A stretch of 63,969 bases of DNA, filler included, from Octopus bimaculoides (Eukaryota): the NCBI RefSeq assembly GCF_001194135.2. It is 6 parts of 5 records of this genome, joined end to end, with 100 filler letters (N's around TTAATTAATTAA, not from the genome) between each part and the next. Parts side by side here need not be neighbours in the genome. Positions count along the whole stretch, not along the records: positions 1 to 31,771 come from NC_068981.1; 5 more parts are not named here. One strand, written 5' to 3'. The stretch's first letter is position 1. The number at the start of each line of letters is the position of its first letter. This document shows positions 1-12,499 of the stretch, piece by piece. The notes under the pieces are model-generated. The model was not told the DNA's origin. It ran no database searches and saw only the letters and a program-made list of their open reading frames with translations. Made by a program: the position numbers and the translations under genes.

Positions 1-305
1 AAGGTGTAAGAGGACGAGTGCCTCTTATTGAAGGGGAATGTGGCCCATAAAAAGAAATGTGTAAGAGACAGGTGCCTCAGTTCAAGGACTTAATGATATT
101 GTGAAGTAAGAGGTTTATAGCCTCAATTTGTAAATTGGTTTAATTTATAAAAGAACAATGTTTTGGAGAAGCAGAGTTCGGCGGGCGGATTCTGTCTTCT
201 CCCATTAATATTATCGTGTTTATCATTCATTTCATCTCATTAATGTCTTCGTCCAGCCCGCAGCTACTCTACGTAATGCCCTCGTGGCAAATTTAATGAA
301 ATAAA
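1..305 (+). mobile_element. Possible LINE (L1/Tx1-like) 3' UTR remnant
   Basis: Ends CCCTCGTGGCAAATTTAATGAAATAAA, resembling the terminus TGTGTGGCCAATAAAGAAAG read on the minus strand at 24141. Family assignment is from memory. Confidence 0.3.
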
Positions 306-670
306 GTAGCTTGCTTACCAACCACATGGTTCCGGGTTCATTCCCACGGCGTGAAACCTTGGGCAAGTGTCTTCAACTATAGCCTCGGACTCACCAAAGC
401 CTTGTGAGTGGATTTGGTAGACGGAAACTGAAAGAAGCCCGTCGTATATATGTATATATGTATGTGTGTCTATATGTTTGTGTGTCTGTTTGTCCTCCCC
501 AACATCGCTTGACAACCGATGGTGGTGTGTTTGCGTCCCCGTAACTTAGCGATTCGGCAAAAGAAACCGATAGAATAAGTACTAGGCTTACAAAGAATAA
601 GTCCTGAGGTCGATTTGCTCCAGCATGGCCGCAGTCAAATGACTGAAACAAGTAAAAGAGTAAAAAGAGT
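306..670 (+). mobile_element. SINE family B (tRNA-type head, central TA/TG microsatellite), 5' truncated
   Basis: Matches more than 10 other copies in the window: GGTTCCGGGTTCA B-box, CCTTGGGCAAGTGTCTT, and GACTGAAACAAGTAAAAGAG tail. Has a small deletion between TGCTC microhomologies. Confidence 0.9.
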
Positions 671-700
671 ATATATGATATATTCATGTACGTATATGCA

Positions 701-731
<31 letters not shown>

Positions 732-974
732 TCAGACATACATACATACATACATACATACATACATACATACATACATACATACATACATACGTAAAAA
801 TATACATACATCCATTTATTTTGCAAGTGCGGTATAAATTCTACAATTTTTGAGGCAGCAATAGTTTATTTGTTGTGCCGGGGGGAGATATTTCGGTCTA
901 CACTAAGTATTTTCTAATTTCTATTCTTCGTAGCTATAGGTATGAAACAATTTATGTTTGAAATTGGATGTTTG

Positions 975-1779
975 TATTTGTTTGTTCTCATACACGACAT
1001 TTGTTTGTTCTCATACACGACATTTGTTTGTTCTCATACATGCCTCAAGTGTTACAAGACAAATCTGAAAGACTTAGTCAAATACGCAACACCATAGGCC
1101 TCAAAATCCACGAGAAGAAAATGTACACACTTTGTAAAAATATAACAGATGCTGACCATGTAACTTTGAATGACAAATCAATCGCAAATGTTCACGAATT
1201 TAACTATCTAAGCACCAAAATAATGAATGGAGACTGCATTCATGAAATAAATTCAAAACTCAGCAAATCCAACCAATCATTCGGTACGTTAAACTCAATA
1301 TGGAAATCATCAATACTCAGCAAGAGTACCAAAATACGATTTTACAAAAGCAACATATTTAGCATATTCCTCCATGGATCCGAATGTTGGAAAACAACCA
1401 AAAGTATTGAAAAGAAATTGGGAGTGTTTGAAAATAAATGTTTACGAAAAAAAAAATTGAAGGTCTACTGGCCGAATATGATCTCGAATAGTCAACTATA
1501 CACCAAGGCTAATATGAACTCAATAAGAGAAACTATTGAAGCAAGGAGATGGAAATGGCTGGGTCGAGTTTGTCGCTATAAACCGAACTCAATTGTCAGG
1601 ATCGCTTTGCAATAGGTTCCACAAGGTAAAAGAAGACACGGCTGACCAAAAAGCAGAGAGTTAACAATGGAACAAGTTGTCAAGGATGCTTTCAGTGTTA
1701 GAAGGTGAAATGATCTTGCTGTCGCCTCAAGTGTCACACGGCACAATGATAACCGAATGAATGAATGAATGAATGAATG
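975..1779 (+). mobile_element. RTE-clade LINE 3' fragment (end of reverse transcriptase), 5' truncated, decayed
   Basis: ORF 968-1615 has DICLFS, IWKS...TKIRFYKSNIFSIFLHGSECW and RRWKWLGRVCR, then a G-K-R-R-x-G remnant and a (GAAT)n tail at 1755-1779. Confidence 0.9.
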
Positions 1780-3169
1780 TTTGCATTTGTGATAATAAGC
1801 GGCTGTTGACGTAATGAACCTATTGCGCTACTGTCACGCTCCTACTTTTTATCATGGAATTAACAGGCAGCCTGTTAGCACTGTTGAAAATTGCTCTATT
1901 GAATGGTACTCTCAGGTGTCGAAACCATAGTGATATCCGTTAGGCAGCTGATGATAGAAGTATATGTTTGATATGCTTGTTGTTTGTGAATCCTTCGTAT
2001 GTTGTGACCCCGTTCCTCTAAGTTATCCTTCGTTCTGGTCAGGTTAAACTTAGCTTCTCGGTTTAAAGTGATCTTGTTTGTATTATATCATACATTGGTA
2101 TTGCGTGATTGTCCTTCATTGGGATTCTCATTATGGAAAGCTAATGCTTATTTTAACTTTCTAGTTTAGGCGGCTTCTATTGTTTACCTAAATGTACACA
2201 TACACCCCAAACCAGTGAGTGCTAGCAATTTTTCTTTTGTTTCTTTACTTAACCAAATTTATGAATCTCAGCAGCACTTCCAGTTTCCATTCGATGAAAG
2301 TTATTGTCTCCTTCCACATTATTGGTTTAAATAACAAGATAAGTGGTTAAAACATTCTCTCCTTCCCACCAGAGTAGCAGCCCCGGAAGGCATATTGAAC
2401 GCTGCCTTTCCTTCTCTATTTTAGCTATAAGCATATTAAAATAAATTAAAACAGTGGCAATGTATAAGAATATAGGATGAGACAAACAAAATAACGTTGT
2501 ATTTCTTCAGTAGGCTGCTGTTTACGTGATACGAAGTTTATCCATTCCATCTGGTCACATGATACAATGTGCTGCTTGTGTAGTTATGTATCCTATAATA
2601 ACTTTATTCGGTATTTCATTTTCTGTTAACACTTCACGTTTTTCTATTCCTTATTTAGTTGTTATGAATATTCCTAAACGTATCATTTGAATAAATAAGC
2701 ATTTATGATAATAATAACCTCTTGTAATCAAATGTAAATAGCAGACGATAAAATACTGCTTCACAACAGTAAATAAAACAATATCGTTATGTGGATTTGG
2801 TGTCTGTAGCATTTACGTATATTTAGATAAAAGTAAGCATATATAGGCTTTTCCGTGTCAATAAAAATTAATATTAAAGTATGTAGGTGTTAACGACCGT
2901 TCGAGATGCATATTTACGATAAATTTTCTCTTAACTAAGCAGTATAGAATACAGATTAGTCGGCAAAACATGGAGGTTCATACGATTGAAGGAAATTAAA
3001 ACTAGAGGATAAATAATGTTTTAACATATTGTTTTATTTCAAAAATTTTTATAGCACTCATGCATTTTCAAGTTGCTCTAAATTCTCATATAAATATTTA
3101 TTGTCAGGCAAATAAATTGAATTGACTTAATATAGATTATTTTATTAGTCTCCCCCTCTCTCTCACACT

Positions 3170-3665
3170 CTCTTGATATATATATATATAGAGAGAGAGG
3201 GGGGGAGAAGGGAAAAAGAGTGGGGAGAGAGAGAGAGGGAAGATAGAGAGAGGGAAGAGAGAGAGAGGGAAGAGAGAGAGGGGAGAGAGAGAGGGGGAGA
3301 GAGAGGGGGAGAGAGAGAAGGAAAGAAAGAGAGGGAGAGAGATAGGGTACAGAGAGATATACATATGCATACATATACATATATACATACGTAGAGAGAC
3401 ATACATATGCATACGTATATATACATATATATATATACACACACACACATACACACACACATACACACACACACACACACATACACACACACATACACAC
3501 ACACATACACACACACATACATATATATGTGTGTGTGTGTGTGTGTGTAATGTATGTGTATTACATTCATACATACCTGATTTTCTTTCTCGACACGCTC
3601 ACTCTCACTCTCTCGCTCTCTCTCTCTATCTCTCTCTACTTCTCGCTCTCTCTCTCTCTCTCTCN
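3170..3665. repeat. Compound microsatellite (TA/GA/CA/CT) running into a gap
   Basis: Seen directly in the sequence. Confidence 0.95.
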
Positions 3666-4349
3666 NNNNNNNNNNNNNNNNNNNNNNNNNNNNNNNNNNN
3701 NNNNNNNNNNNNNNNNNNNNNNNNNNNNNNNNNNNNNNNNNNNNNNNNNNNNNNNNNNNNNNNNNNNNNNNNNNNNNNNNNNNNNNNNNNNNNTTTCCTC
3801 TCTCTACGTTTGTTACTCGTTCGTCCTCTCCCTCTCCCTTTTCCTCGCTCCTTCTCTCTTCGTCTCTACCCCTCTACCTTTCGCCCTTTATTTATCTCTT
3901 CCCTTTTTTTTTCTTATACTAACCGTCGTTCCTTTCTGCATCTCACCACATCAGGGTATCTATGTTCTGTTGTCAGTTTCTTCCGTTTTAGTTATGTACC
4001 TCAATTCCCTCCAGCTGCCAACCGCACGAGTTTCTGCTTCTCCTACCCTTCCTACTTTCAGTTTCTAAATACACTAACACACATCACATACTTACGAACA
4101 TATATATGCACTCTCATACAAGCACAGCCATATGTACATACACATACAGATGCTCATATGCATCACACACAGACACAAGCAACTTATATCTAATCTAACA
4201 AAATATCAAAGTTTTCTCATCTGTTGGATGCTAATTCCGATAGAATATCCATTATTGCTGTTCTTGCAGTGTGTTAGTGTTTTTGGCATCAGTTAGTTAA
4301 TATTGATATTGCATTTATAAATATATTTATGGAATTTGTGGAGTTAAGT

Positions 4350-5220
4350 AAATTCGGTTCTATTCAGTTTTCATACCTATGCTCATCTATAGTCATGGAT
4401 GTTTGTTGTTGTTGGCACTCCGTCAGTTAAGACGACGAGGGTTACAGTTGATCCGATCAACGGAACAGCCTGCTCGTGAAATTAACTTGCAAGTGGCTGA
4501 ACACTCCACAGACACGTGTACCCTTAACGTAGTTCTCGGGGGAGATTCAGCGTGACACAGAGTGTGAAAAGGCTGGTCCTTTGAAATACAGGTACGACAG
4601 AAACAGGCAGAAAGAGTGAGAGAAAGTTGTGGTGAAAGAGTACAGCAGGGTTCGCCACCACCACCACACCCTGCTGGAGCCACCTGGAGCATTAGGTGTT
4701 TTCGCTCAATAAACACTCACAACGCTCGGTCTGGGAATCGAAACCGCGATCCTACGACCGCGAGTCCGCTGCCCTAACCACTAGGCCATTGCGCCTCCAC
4801 CATGGATGTTTGGTAATGACTGATAACGTATGATAGCGAACACAAGCGGCCGAAGCGATGTTCCTCCGAAGTAACGTTACTCGACAAGATTCCTAGCTCG
4901 GAAATCAGTGAGTTTCTCCAGGTCGTGTCACTACTTCTGCGCATTGAGGCTACGGACATGTGATTTAAACGTCATAGAAAAGAATCGCATGATGGATTCT
5001 TCAAGCTGAGCCAACCGGCGGGAGACCTAGAAGGTAGACCAAGAACAAGATAGTTGGAGACATCCAACACCTCAGTTGATCACGCTTGGGAATCCCGCTG
5101 GAAAAATCTAGTAACGGTTGCCATTGATAGGACTCCGTGGATGAAGTACCAGAATACTCTACTCGAAAAACCTTCGCAGGAATAGTGGGCAGAAAAGATG
5201 GTTGGTTGATTGGTTGGTTA
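4350..5220 (+). mobile_element. Decayed RTE-clade LINE 3' fragment, interrupted by a SINE
   Basis: Removing the SINE restores SVFIPMLIYSHGCLVMTDNV..RTQAAE, followed by YGHVI and GRPRTR* remnants and a (TTGG)n tail. Confidence 0.8.
4406..4800 (-). mobile_element. SINE family A, full length, tRNA-Arg-like head, (AAC)n tail
   Basis: Head has A box TGGCCTAGTGG, a B-box-like GGTTTCGATTCCC and TCG in the anticodon loop. Flanked by a 12-bp TSD, CATGGATGTTTG (4394-4405 and 4801-4812). Confidence 0.92.
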
Positions 5221-5843
5221 GATATATGGATGGATCGATGGATCGATGGATGGATCGATCGATCGATCGATCGCTCTATTGATCGAGGGAAGTTATTTAA
5301 AGACGTTACATAGTGTTCTAATCATATCATAGGATATATGCCGGCTTACGAACGACTGAACACCAAAAAACATACAGTCCATCTTTACGCATACACTTGT
5401 TTTCACGCAATTAACTATGTTATCGGACCGTTGGGCTCCTAGCTCCGTGGATAATTACAGCGTCTTAGGACCCAATATAGTATATAGAGCTTTGTTGTGG
5501 ACTCTCCCCAAAATATTGTGTTTCTGTAACCCAAATCATTTCATGACTCAAAACGTATTATCTACTCTATTGCTTCCATTCAAAATGACTGAGTCATTTC
5601 CTTTTATAAGCAGTTTTTCCTGTTGCTACTTCTTTTATTGATGTCTCAGTTACTACTACTCGTAATGATGTTCCAATATATGGGAAGATCTGAAACGGAG
5701 ATTTACATTTTTATTCTTAATATGTTCTTGCAGACCAGAACGCAAATATGCTTGTCGCTGTTTTGTGCATCACAGGAGAAAAAAATTCTCCTTTTTACGA
5801 CACCAACGTGTTCATAACACACTCGGCTCATTGATAGAAAGGA

Positions 5844-5889
5844 CTCGGGAACACCAGTATTTTGACATGTTGAGTCTCGTCAGCCAGAA
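5844..5889 (-). ncRNA. Type-I hammerhead ribozyme motif, decayed (G12A)
   Basis: Minus strand reads TTCTGG-CTGACGA-GAC tcaacat GTC-AAAA-TAC tg GTG-T-T-CCCGAG. Confidence 0.7.
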
Positions 5890-6184
5890 GTACTCGAGCC
5901 ATTAAGCCTAAACAAGCCGGTGGCTTTATCTATAATTTCAGCGAAGTGTTTACTGATCAGTGCTGATATCTTCTGACACTACAGTGACTAACATATTTGT
6001 GTTCGAATTAACCGAGACGTATTAAGAGTAAATATGCAGACCATCATTTCAGATCTCGCTGCTCACAATGCAAATAACGATTTTTTTTATCGCTTGGCAA
6101 ATATCATCACTGATCAGTCAGCAGTTTGTTCCCTGAAATTATAAACAAAGCCGCCGGCTTGTTTATGGTCAAAGATCTGGTTAT

Positions 6185-6230
6185 TTCTTGCTGACGAGAC
6201 ACACCATATCGAAACCCTGGTGTCCCAGAG
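6185..6230 (+). ncRNA. Type-I hammerhead ribozyme motif, canonical core, one mismatch per helix
   Basis: TTCTTG-CTGACGA-GAC acaccat ATC-GAAA-CCC tg GTG-T-C-CCAGAG. GUC cleavage site is after 6224. Confidence 0.8.
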
Positions 6231-6976
6231 ACTCTTGCACCAATAAGCTGAGTGAGCTATGAATACGCTGGCGTCATACAGAGAGGTTTGTCTCCTGTGA
6301 CGTACAAAACAGCGACTAGCATACTTGCGTTCGAATCTGCAAGACCATATTAAGAGTAAATACGCAAATTATCGTTTCAGATCTCGCTATACAGAGTGCA
6401 AACAACGAGGTTTGTTGATTAATTATTAGGCATAAATGATCTACAATTGGCTGAACACTCATACAACTTCAATAGTTTCAAATGCCATTGCACCAACACA
6501 ATGGGGTTTACAATGAAGACATGCCTACACAATTGCTTATAGGTTACAAGTAATAACACGTGGTGAACTTTGAACCGGTGGCTTCAATTTCCGAGTAATA
6601 TAAACACTTTTAGGCCGTGATATGCGAGTTATAGTGTCCAGAAATTAGAGTGTAAACTTTAAAAATATTTATAGCATAGAAGAAACAAATTAGCCATTCA
6701 AAAACACAAAAAGACTGTTAACTTCACCTAAATATGTATTTATTTGGTGTCGAAATTTTTGTCGCACCAACTGCGATTCGATTACTAACGCGGGTCAATG
6801 AATCGTTCTTTTGTCTCTGACCCATTGACTATTTACTTTTGTTTATTTCCGTTTATGCGTTCCACAGAATAACAGCGGAGATAAATCGTGCTGCAAAACA
6901 CAAATATAGAAAAAAAGAACAAGCTTAAAAAATTAGGTCATTTTTGTCATAAATTAAATAATGGGCATTGAATAAG

Positions 6977-7290
6977 GTAAGGCCACCAAATTAGGGGGGT
7001 AGGGAAAGTCGATTACTTCGACCTCAGTGTTCAACTGGTACTTATTTTATCGACACCGAAAGGATGAAAAGCAAAGTCGATCTCGGCAGAATTTTTTTGG
7101 CTTCAAATTTTAGCATAAGGCTAGCAATTTTTTTAGAGGAAGCAAATCGATTACATCGACCACAGTGCTCAACTGGTACTTGTTTTATCAACCCCTAAAT
7201 GATGAAAGGCAAAGTCGACCTCAGCGGAATTTAAACTCAGAACGTAAGCATTAGTCGGGAGTGCTAATCATTCTGCCAGCTTACCAGCTC
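6977..7290 (-). mobile_element. Two partial SINE family C copies
   Basis: Both contain the AACTGGTACTT..TTTATC..CC.AAA.GATGAAA.GCAAAGTCGA motif shared with the other C copies. Confidence 0.85.
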
Positions 7291-8089
7291 ACTACCTTTT
7301 ATATAAAATATTGATTAACAACGTTTATAAAATGAAATTTATGCAAGACCTAAGTAACTTTAAATTTCACATTTTATTTATATTTATATGTTATTAAAAT
7401 AGTTCTACGACAAAAAAAAGAAATCCATAATACTTTTATATAATAAACTTTTGATAATTTATGTGTCAATTTCCATATATCAATAAATAAATAGCTATAA
7501 TTGTTATTACAAGTCTAAATTCTGGGTTATTTTCAAAATTTAATTAAAACAGATTGGAAGTGTTGTAATTAGAAATATATTAACGAGGGGGTTAAACTGT
7601 TTTATTTTTGGAAATGAGATTTCATAAGTATTTGAATATCTCAAACTTTAAAATGAGTTCATAGTAGAAAAGGCGAAAACAGTATTTTAACTTATGTCTT
7701 TTTGTTTTAAGGAAAGGCTTGCCGTAATTGAGGTGTGTCTTATAAGCCATCAAGTACGGTACATCATCCAATGTGTCTTTCCTTTTTTAAAAAACCCGAC
7801 AGCAAGGTCTGACTTAAAAGATATTACCTTTTTATTTTTAGTAAGTTCAATGAAAGTCTGTACATGGTCACTGAACATGCTAGAAACAGCAGCCACATAT
7901 TACAACCGTCTACTTTTTTCAAATCATAACCAACAGTCTTAAAAATGGGCACATTGAATAATGAGATTTTAAATACGCTACATCGGAATAACAATGTTTA
8001 GATTGTCGTTGTTTCGATGCTTTTCATTAGGTGAAAGCTCGATGAAAATTGGTCTCAGGCTAAACAACAAAAATAACCACAACAACACC

Positions 8090-8358
8090 ACCATACAGAC
8101 AACCATGTTGGCTCGCTTGCCGCCATTTTCTGTTGTTTCTCAAGTTATTTTAGTGTATCATGTTTATCGTTGTTCTTCCTGTTGCTGAGTATTTCATTTT
8201 ATGATATTTTAGATTGCAAATATTATTATATTTTTCTTGTCGTTAGTTGTATCTTTCAAGTAAGAGAGTGGATGGTTCCGAAGGGAATGTCTTGTGTAAT
8301 TCAGGTGAAAATGATGTCTTCAGAGTTTCCTCGTCCGAATGCACCTGCTATAGTATGT
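8090..8358 (+). promoter_or_regulatory. Candidate promoter or first exon
   Basis: YY1-like GCCGCCATTTT near 8117. Donor-like sites CAA|GTAAGA (8260) and ATA|GTATGT (8353). ATG 8311 opens MMSSEFPRPNAPAI up to the second donor. Confidence 0.25.
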
Positions 8359-8394
8359 TTAGTTATTGATAATTACATATCTCGCAGAAATATT

Positions 8395-8398
8395 TACA

Positions 8399-8429
<31 letters not shown>

Positions 8430-8481
8430 CACGTATACATACACGCACACGTACATATATATATATATATGTATGTATATT

Positions 8482-8521
<40 letters not shown>

Positions 8522-8606
8522 CATACATATACGTACATATATGTAAACACATATATGCATAGATACACATGCACGCACATATACACATACATACAGACGC
8601 ATATAT

Positions 8607-8650
<44 letters not shown>
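8395..8650. repeat. Compound microsatellite (CATA/TG/TA)
   Basis: Seen directly in the sequence. Confidence 0.95.
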
Positions 8651-8651
<1 letters not shown>

Positions 8652-9267
8652 TGTACTGTGATACTGTAATATTTACAATTTTGTTGCTATCAATAAAATT
8701 TTCCTTACCAGTTATTTGTCACTACAATGTTCTGTACAGCGAGATCGAACTTACAAGAACTCGGTTGCGAAACGAACTTCTTAATCACAGGGCATATTGC
8801 AACTTATTTCATTGCATCGGGAAAGTTCAATCAAACTAGGTTGATATACTTCTTAACGATGATAGCTTCTTTCTGGAAAAGAGAAAATAATAAACTTCTC
8901 TTCTAATCAGTCGGACAAGGAAAAATATGATATCTCATGCGAATGATAGAAAAACAAGAACACCATAGTAAAATCAGAGCGTTAGGTTAGACAGACACTA
9001 AACATATACAAACGATGATATATTTGATTCTAAAATGCATATAAGGTGGTAAAAATATTCCCATGTCATTTTTCAACTTGATAACATTATTGAAAACACA
9101 GAGACGGATATAGCTTATGATCTCATCTGAAACTGATGAGGTGCCGTTGGATGACATCACACTTACTTGCTTGGTTTTTGGATAACTAATAAAGGAAGTA
9201 CGTAGTATATGATGACATGTTTTGGGCTCAGGAAATACACCACATTAAGAAAACCCTATGCGTACAA

Positions 9268-9306
<39 letters not shown>

Positions 9307-9574
9307 CACATACACACATATATCGTGTTATATGTGTCTGAGACTTGATACGCACACACACGCACGCAGCAACACACACAAACCTATATATGGGCGTGTA
9401 TGTGTCGACATGTGTCGATAAAAATACATACTTACACTTGAATATATTTGTTCATCCCGTTCTGTATATATTTATATAATTTTGAGTGTGTACACATATA
9501 AACACGCTGATCCACACACTGATACACACATGCATACATATTATACTTTCGTATATATCTGTGTATGCTTATGT

Positions 9575-9695
9575 GCACATACATACATACATACATACAT
9601 ACATACATACACACACACACATACATACATACATACATACATACATACATACATACACACACATACATACATACATACATACATACATACATACA

Positions 9696-9725
<30 letters not shown>
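9575..9725. repeat. (CATA)n microsatellite
   Basis: Seen directly; it explains ORFs 9432-9785. Confidence 0.95.
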
Positions 9726-9726
<1 letters not shown>

Positions 9727-9989
9727 GGGGCACTGGGATATGTAACACTGACTAAATACCAATCTTGAGAAATTAGGCTTCTCAAAACCAGAAAGGAAAA
9801 AGCTGATTCGAAGACTACGGGTCTAATCCATTACTGGAACTGTAAAAATCTCTAAAACTTTCCGGAAGTTTTCAATTAAGTATATATGAGAATGTCTAGA
9901 TATACAAGTATATGCTTGAGAATACACACTTTAAACAAAACAAACAAATCTGCACATATACATATATATAGTTACATACATACAAAAAT

Positions 9990-10110
9990 ACCCTGTTGAT
10001 GTTGAAATTCCAATGAAGCAGCTTTGGATTTAGGTTAGAAACCAGCTCTTTCCCTATTGGCAAGAAATCTTGAAATAAAACTGAATAATGACAAAAATAC
10101 ATACATACAT
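9990..10110 (+). mobile_element. Short interspersed terminus, possibly Penelope-like, ending in (TACA)n
   Basis: CCAATGAAG..hairpin..AGAAACC then AATAAA and a microsatellite. Recognised from memory as an octopus repeat. Confidence 0.35.
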
Positions 10111-10374
10111 AGAAACACATGGCACTGAAACCAAACATAATAATCCAATACCACATAAATCATGGCAAGACGGTGTTAGCTATCGTCGATCGCGGAAATG
10201 TCATGAGAAATTGAAGTAGAATTTTGAATTGAACCAAAACCTGTACCAAGGCTCGAGAAGATCCTTTGAGAGGTACATAAATAACATGAAGTGTTACTGC
10301 GATGGGAAATATCCTATGTATTTCAAAACAACTACATCAGCAAAGCTCATTGAGAAGAAATATAAAAATAACTA

Positions 10375-10695
10375 GCGTTCCGTCGGTTACGACTACCAGG
10401 GTTCAAGTTGATCCGACCAACGGTACAGCCTGCTTAGGAAATTAACGTGCAAGTAGCTGAGCCTTCCACAGACATGCGTACCCTTAACGTAGTTCTCAGA
10501 GAGATAAAGCGTCACAAAATGTGACGAGGCTGGTCCTTTGAAATATAGACACTACACATTTTTGCCAGCTGAGTGAAATGGAGCAACGTGAAAATAAAGC
10601 ATCTTGCCCAAAGAAACAACGTGCCGCCGGCAGTCGAACTCACGACCTTGCAATCATGAGCCGACTACCCAAAGCATTAAGCCACGAGCCTTCAT
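10375..10695 (-). mobile_element. SINE A-prime: family-A tail with a different, CORE-like head
   Basis: Tail is the same as the 4406 copy. The head side has CTTGCCCAAAGAAACAAC...GTCGAACTCACGACC, similar to the MIR/CORE motif. Confidence 0.75.
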
Positions 10696-11804
10696 AAGAA
10701 ATATGCTGCCAGTACAAATTTACCATTCAAAAGTACAACAAATAATAGCGCCAATAGACCAGAATATAAGAAATCAGTATACGCTCGAAGAAATTGCTAA
10801 AAATTTGAACCGAGACCAAAGCAAAGAAAAGAATATTAAGCTACTTATGACAAAGATGTCATTATATAAACCCGTAGCAGTCGATTACGAACCAACAGAA
10901 ATGAAGGAATGTTACAAACAGCTGAAAACAGGTCATAGCAAGATTTAAGTATTTCATTATTTACATCGATATACTACTAAGTGAATGAACGATTATGCCA
11001 CAACTCATGGTTTCAGAGCGTATATCTTGACCACACAGCCATAACATTTATAGACAAAATAGTAAAAATGATATACTTTATATGAAAACGACTTTTGAAA
11101 TTCTTTGAGGACTATATCATACTTTTTATTAAACATTTTTTGATCATGTTAGGACTCGTCAAATAACTTTTCCCTATCGAAAATCGAAACTGATGTTGCA
11201 ACACGTAGTTCGATTTTTACTTTAAGTTTCTGGAGAATGTTAAACATTTGATTGCTATATGCTAAACTTATTCTCTTTTGTTTTGCATCATATATAATTC
11301 GTGGGGAGTTTTCAATTGCGTTACCCTAAAAAGTTACTTTTTTTATATATAATTCTTGATTTATTGCAATCATATCTAGATTTCGTTTGCAATCGTGAAA
11401 TGCACTTTCTGTATCGATAATCGAAACCGATATTTAGGGAATATGTAGTTACTAACTTTTGGTTTCTTTTCTTTATTTTCTCTTACCATTACCAATATCT
11501 CTAAAAAGATTATTTTTCTAATTGAAAATCTATACTAAAATGCAAACTCATACAAACACAGGCCTACACATACAAAGAAATATACGCACGTATATTTCCA
11601 CCACACATATTGCGCCACATAGCATAAATAGTATGTGCACGCGTGTGGTTATGTATATATGTACTGCTTTGGGTCCTCAACTCTTGGTGGAGTCTAGCGG
11701 CGAAATCATAGCATATGTCTTAGTTATTTTTGAAAACCTGCATGAACCCATCTTTCTACAGGTTTGACAACATTCGATTTCTTCTACAAGAAGAGTCAAA
11801 CAGG

Positions 11805-11962
11805 CAGACAGCAAGAGAAGAATCGATCCCAGGACAGGGCTGGTTCTCTATTTGACCCTGAAAGTATAAAATGCAAAGTTGATCCCGCCGTTAGTTGAAC
11901 CTAGAAAGTATTCTGCGAGACAATCTGTGCGACACAGTAACGGTCTGCCAATTCGCCGCTTT
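11805..11962 (-). mobile_element. Old SINE family C copy
   Basis: Degenerate match including GCAAAGTTGATC and CTGCCAATTCGCCGCTT. Confidence 0.6.
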
Positions 11963-12050
11963 ATGCATGTATATATGTATGCATGTATATATGTATGCAT
12001 GTATATATGTATGCATTAACCAAACTAACGTCTTATCATAAGTAATACGG

Positions 12051-12270
12051 AAGGTGGCGATGAGGTAGAATCGTTAGCGTGCTGGACAAAGAGAAAAAAA
12101 AGATCGACAGCATTTCTGTCGGCTCTTCACGCTCTGAGTTCAAATTCCGCCGAGGGTGACTTTGCCTTTCATCCTTTTCGAGTTGATAGAATAAGTATCA
12201 GTTGAACACGGAGGCTAATCTAATCGACGTATCTCTCCCCCGAAATTACTGGCCTTGTGCCAAAACTTGA

Positions 12271-12273
<3 letters not shown>
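12051..12273 (+). mobile_element. SINE family C, near full length
   Basis: B box GAGTTCAAATTCC, GACTTTGCCTTTCATCC, and tail GGCCTTGTGCCAAAACTTGAAA followed by (TAG)n. Confidence 0.85.
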
Positions 12274-12308
<35 letters not shown>

Positions 12309-12499
12309 AGATGGAATGTCGATAAATACACTAGTGGTAGTGGTAGTTATCACAACTAATACCGGTCAATGAGTAGTTTAACAATATAACCAGACAACTA
12401 ATGACGTAAACGTGAGAGGAACCTCAAGTGAAACTGTCAGATTCGGCAGTGTGTTGTACTAAAACCCTAAAATCACCATTCAACAAATACTCAAAGAAA

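Larger units (their letters stand above)
5680..6415. mobile_element. Inverted plus partial tandem repeat with two hammerhead motifs (Penelope pseudo-LTR-like)
   Basis: 5680-5970 is the reverse complement of about 6100-6390 (roughly 70-75% identity by eye). 5982-6082 is a direct copy of about 6310-6410. Confidence 0.8.

Noticed and set aside
4725-4800. tRNA-Arg-like sequence (also 36655-36731)
   Set aside because: It is a SINE head, followed by SINE body, tail and TSD, and lacks a proper acceptor stem.
6868-6928. Terminal exon ITAEINRAAKHKYRKKEQA*
   Set aside because: It has a good acceptor but only 19 codons, no upstream partner and no recognised homology.
9134-9165. CTGATGA here, at 12673, and on the minus strand near 23775 and 59790, as hammerheads
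   Set aside because: Helix II, GAAA and helix I are not correctly arranged at any of them.
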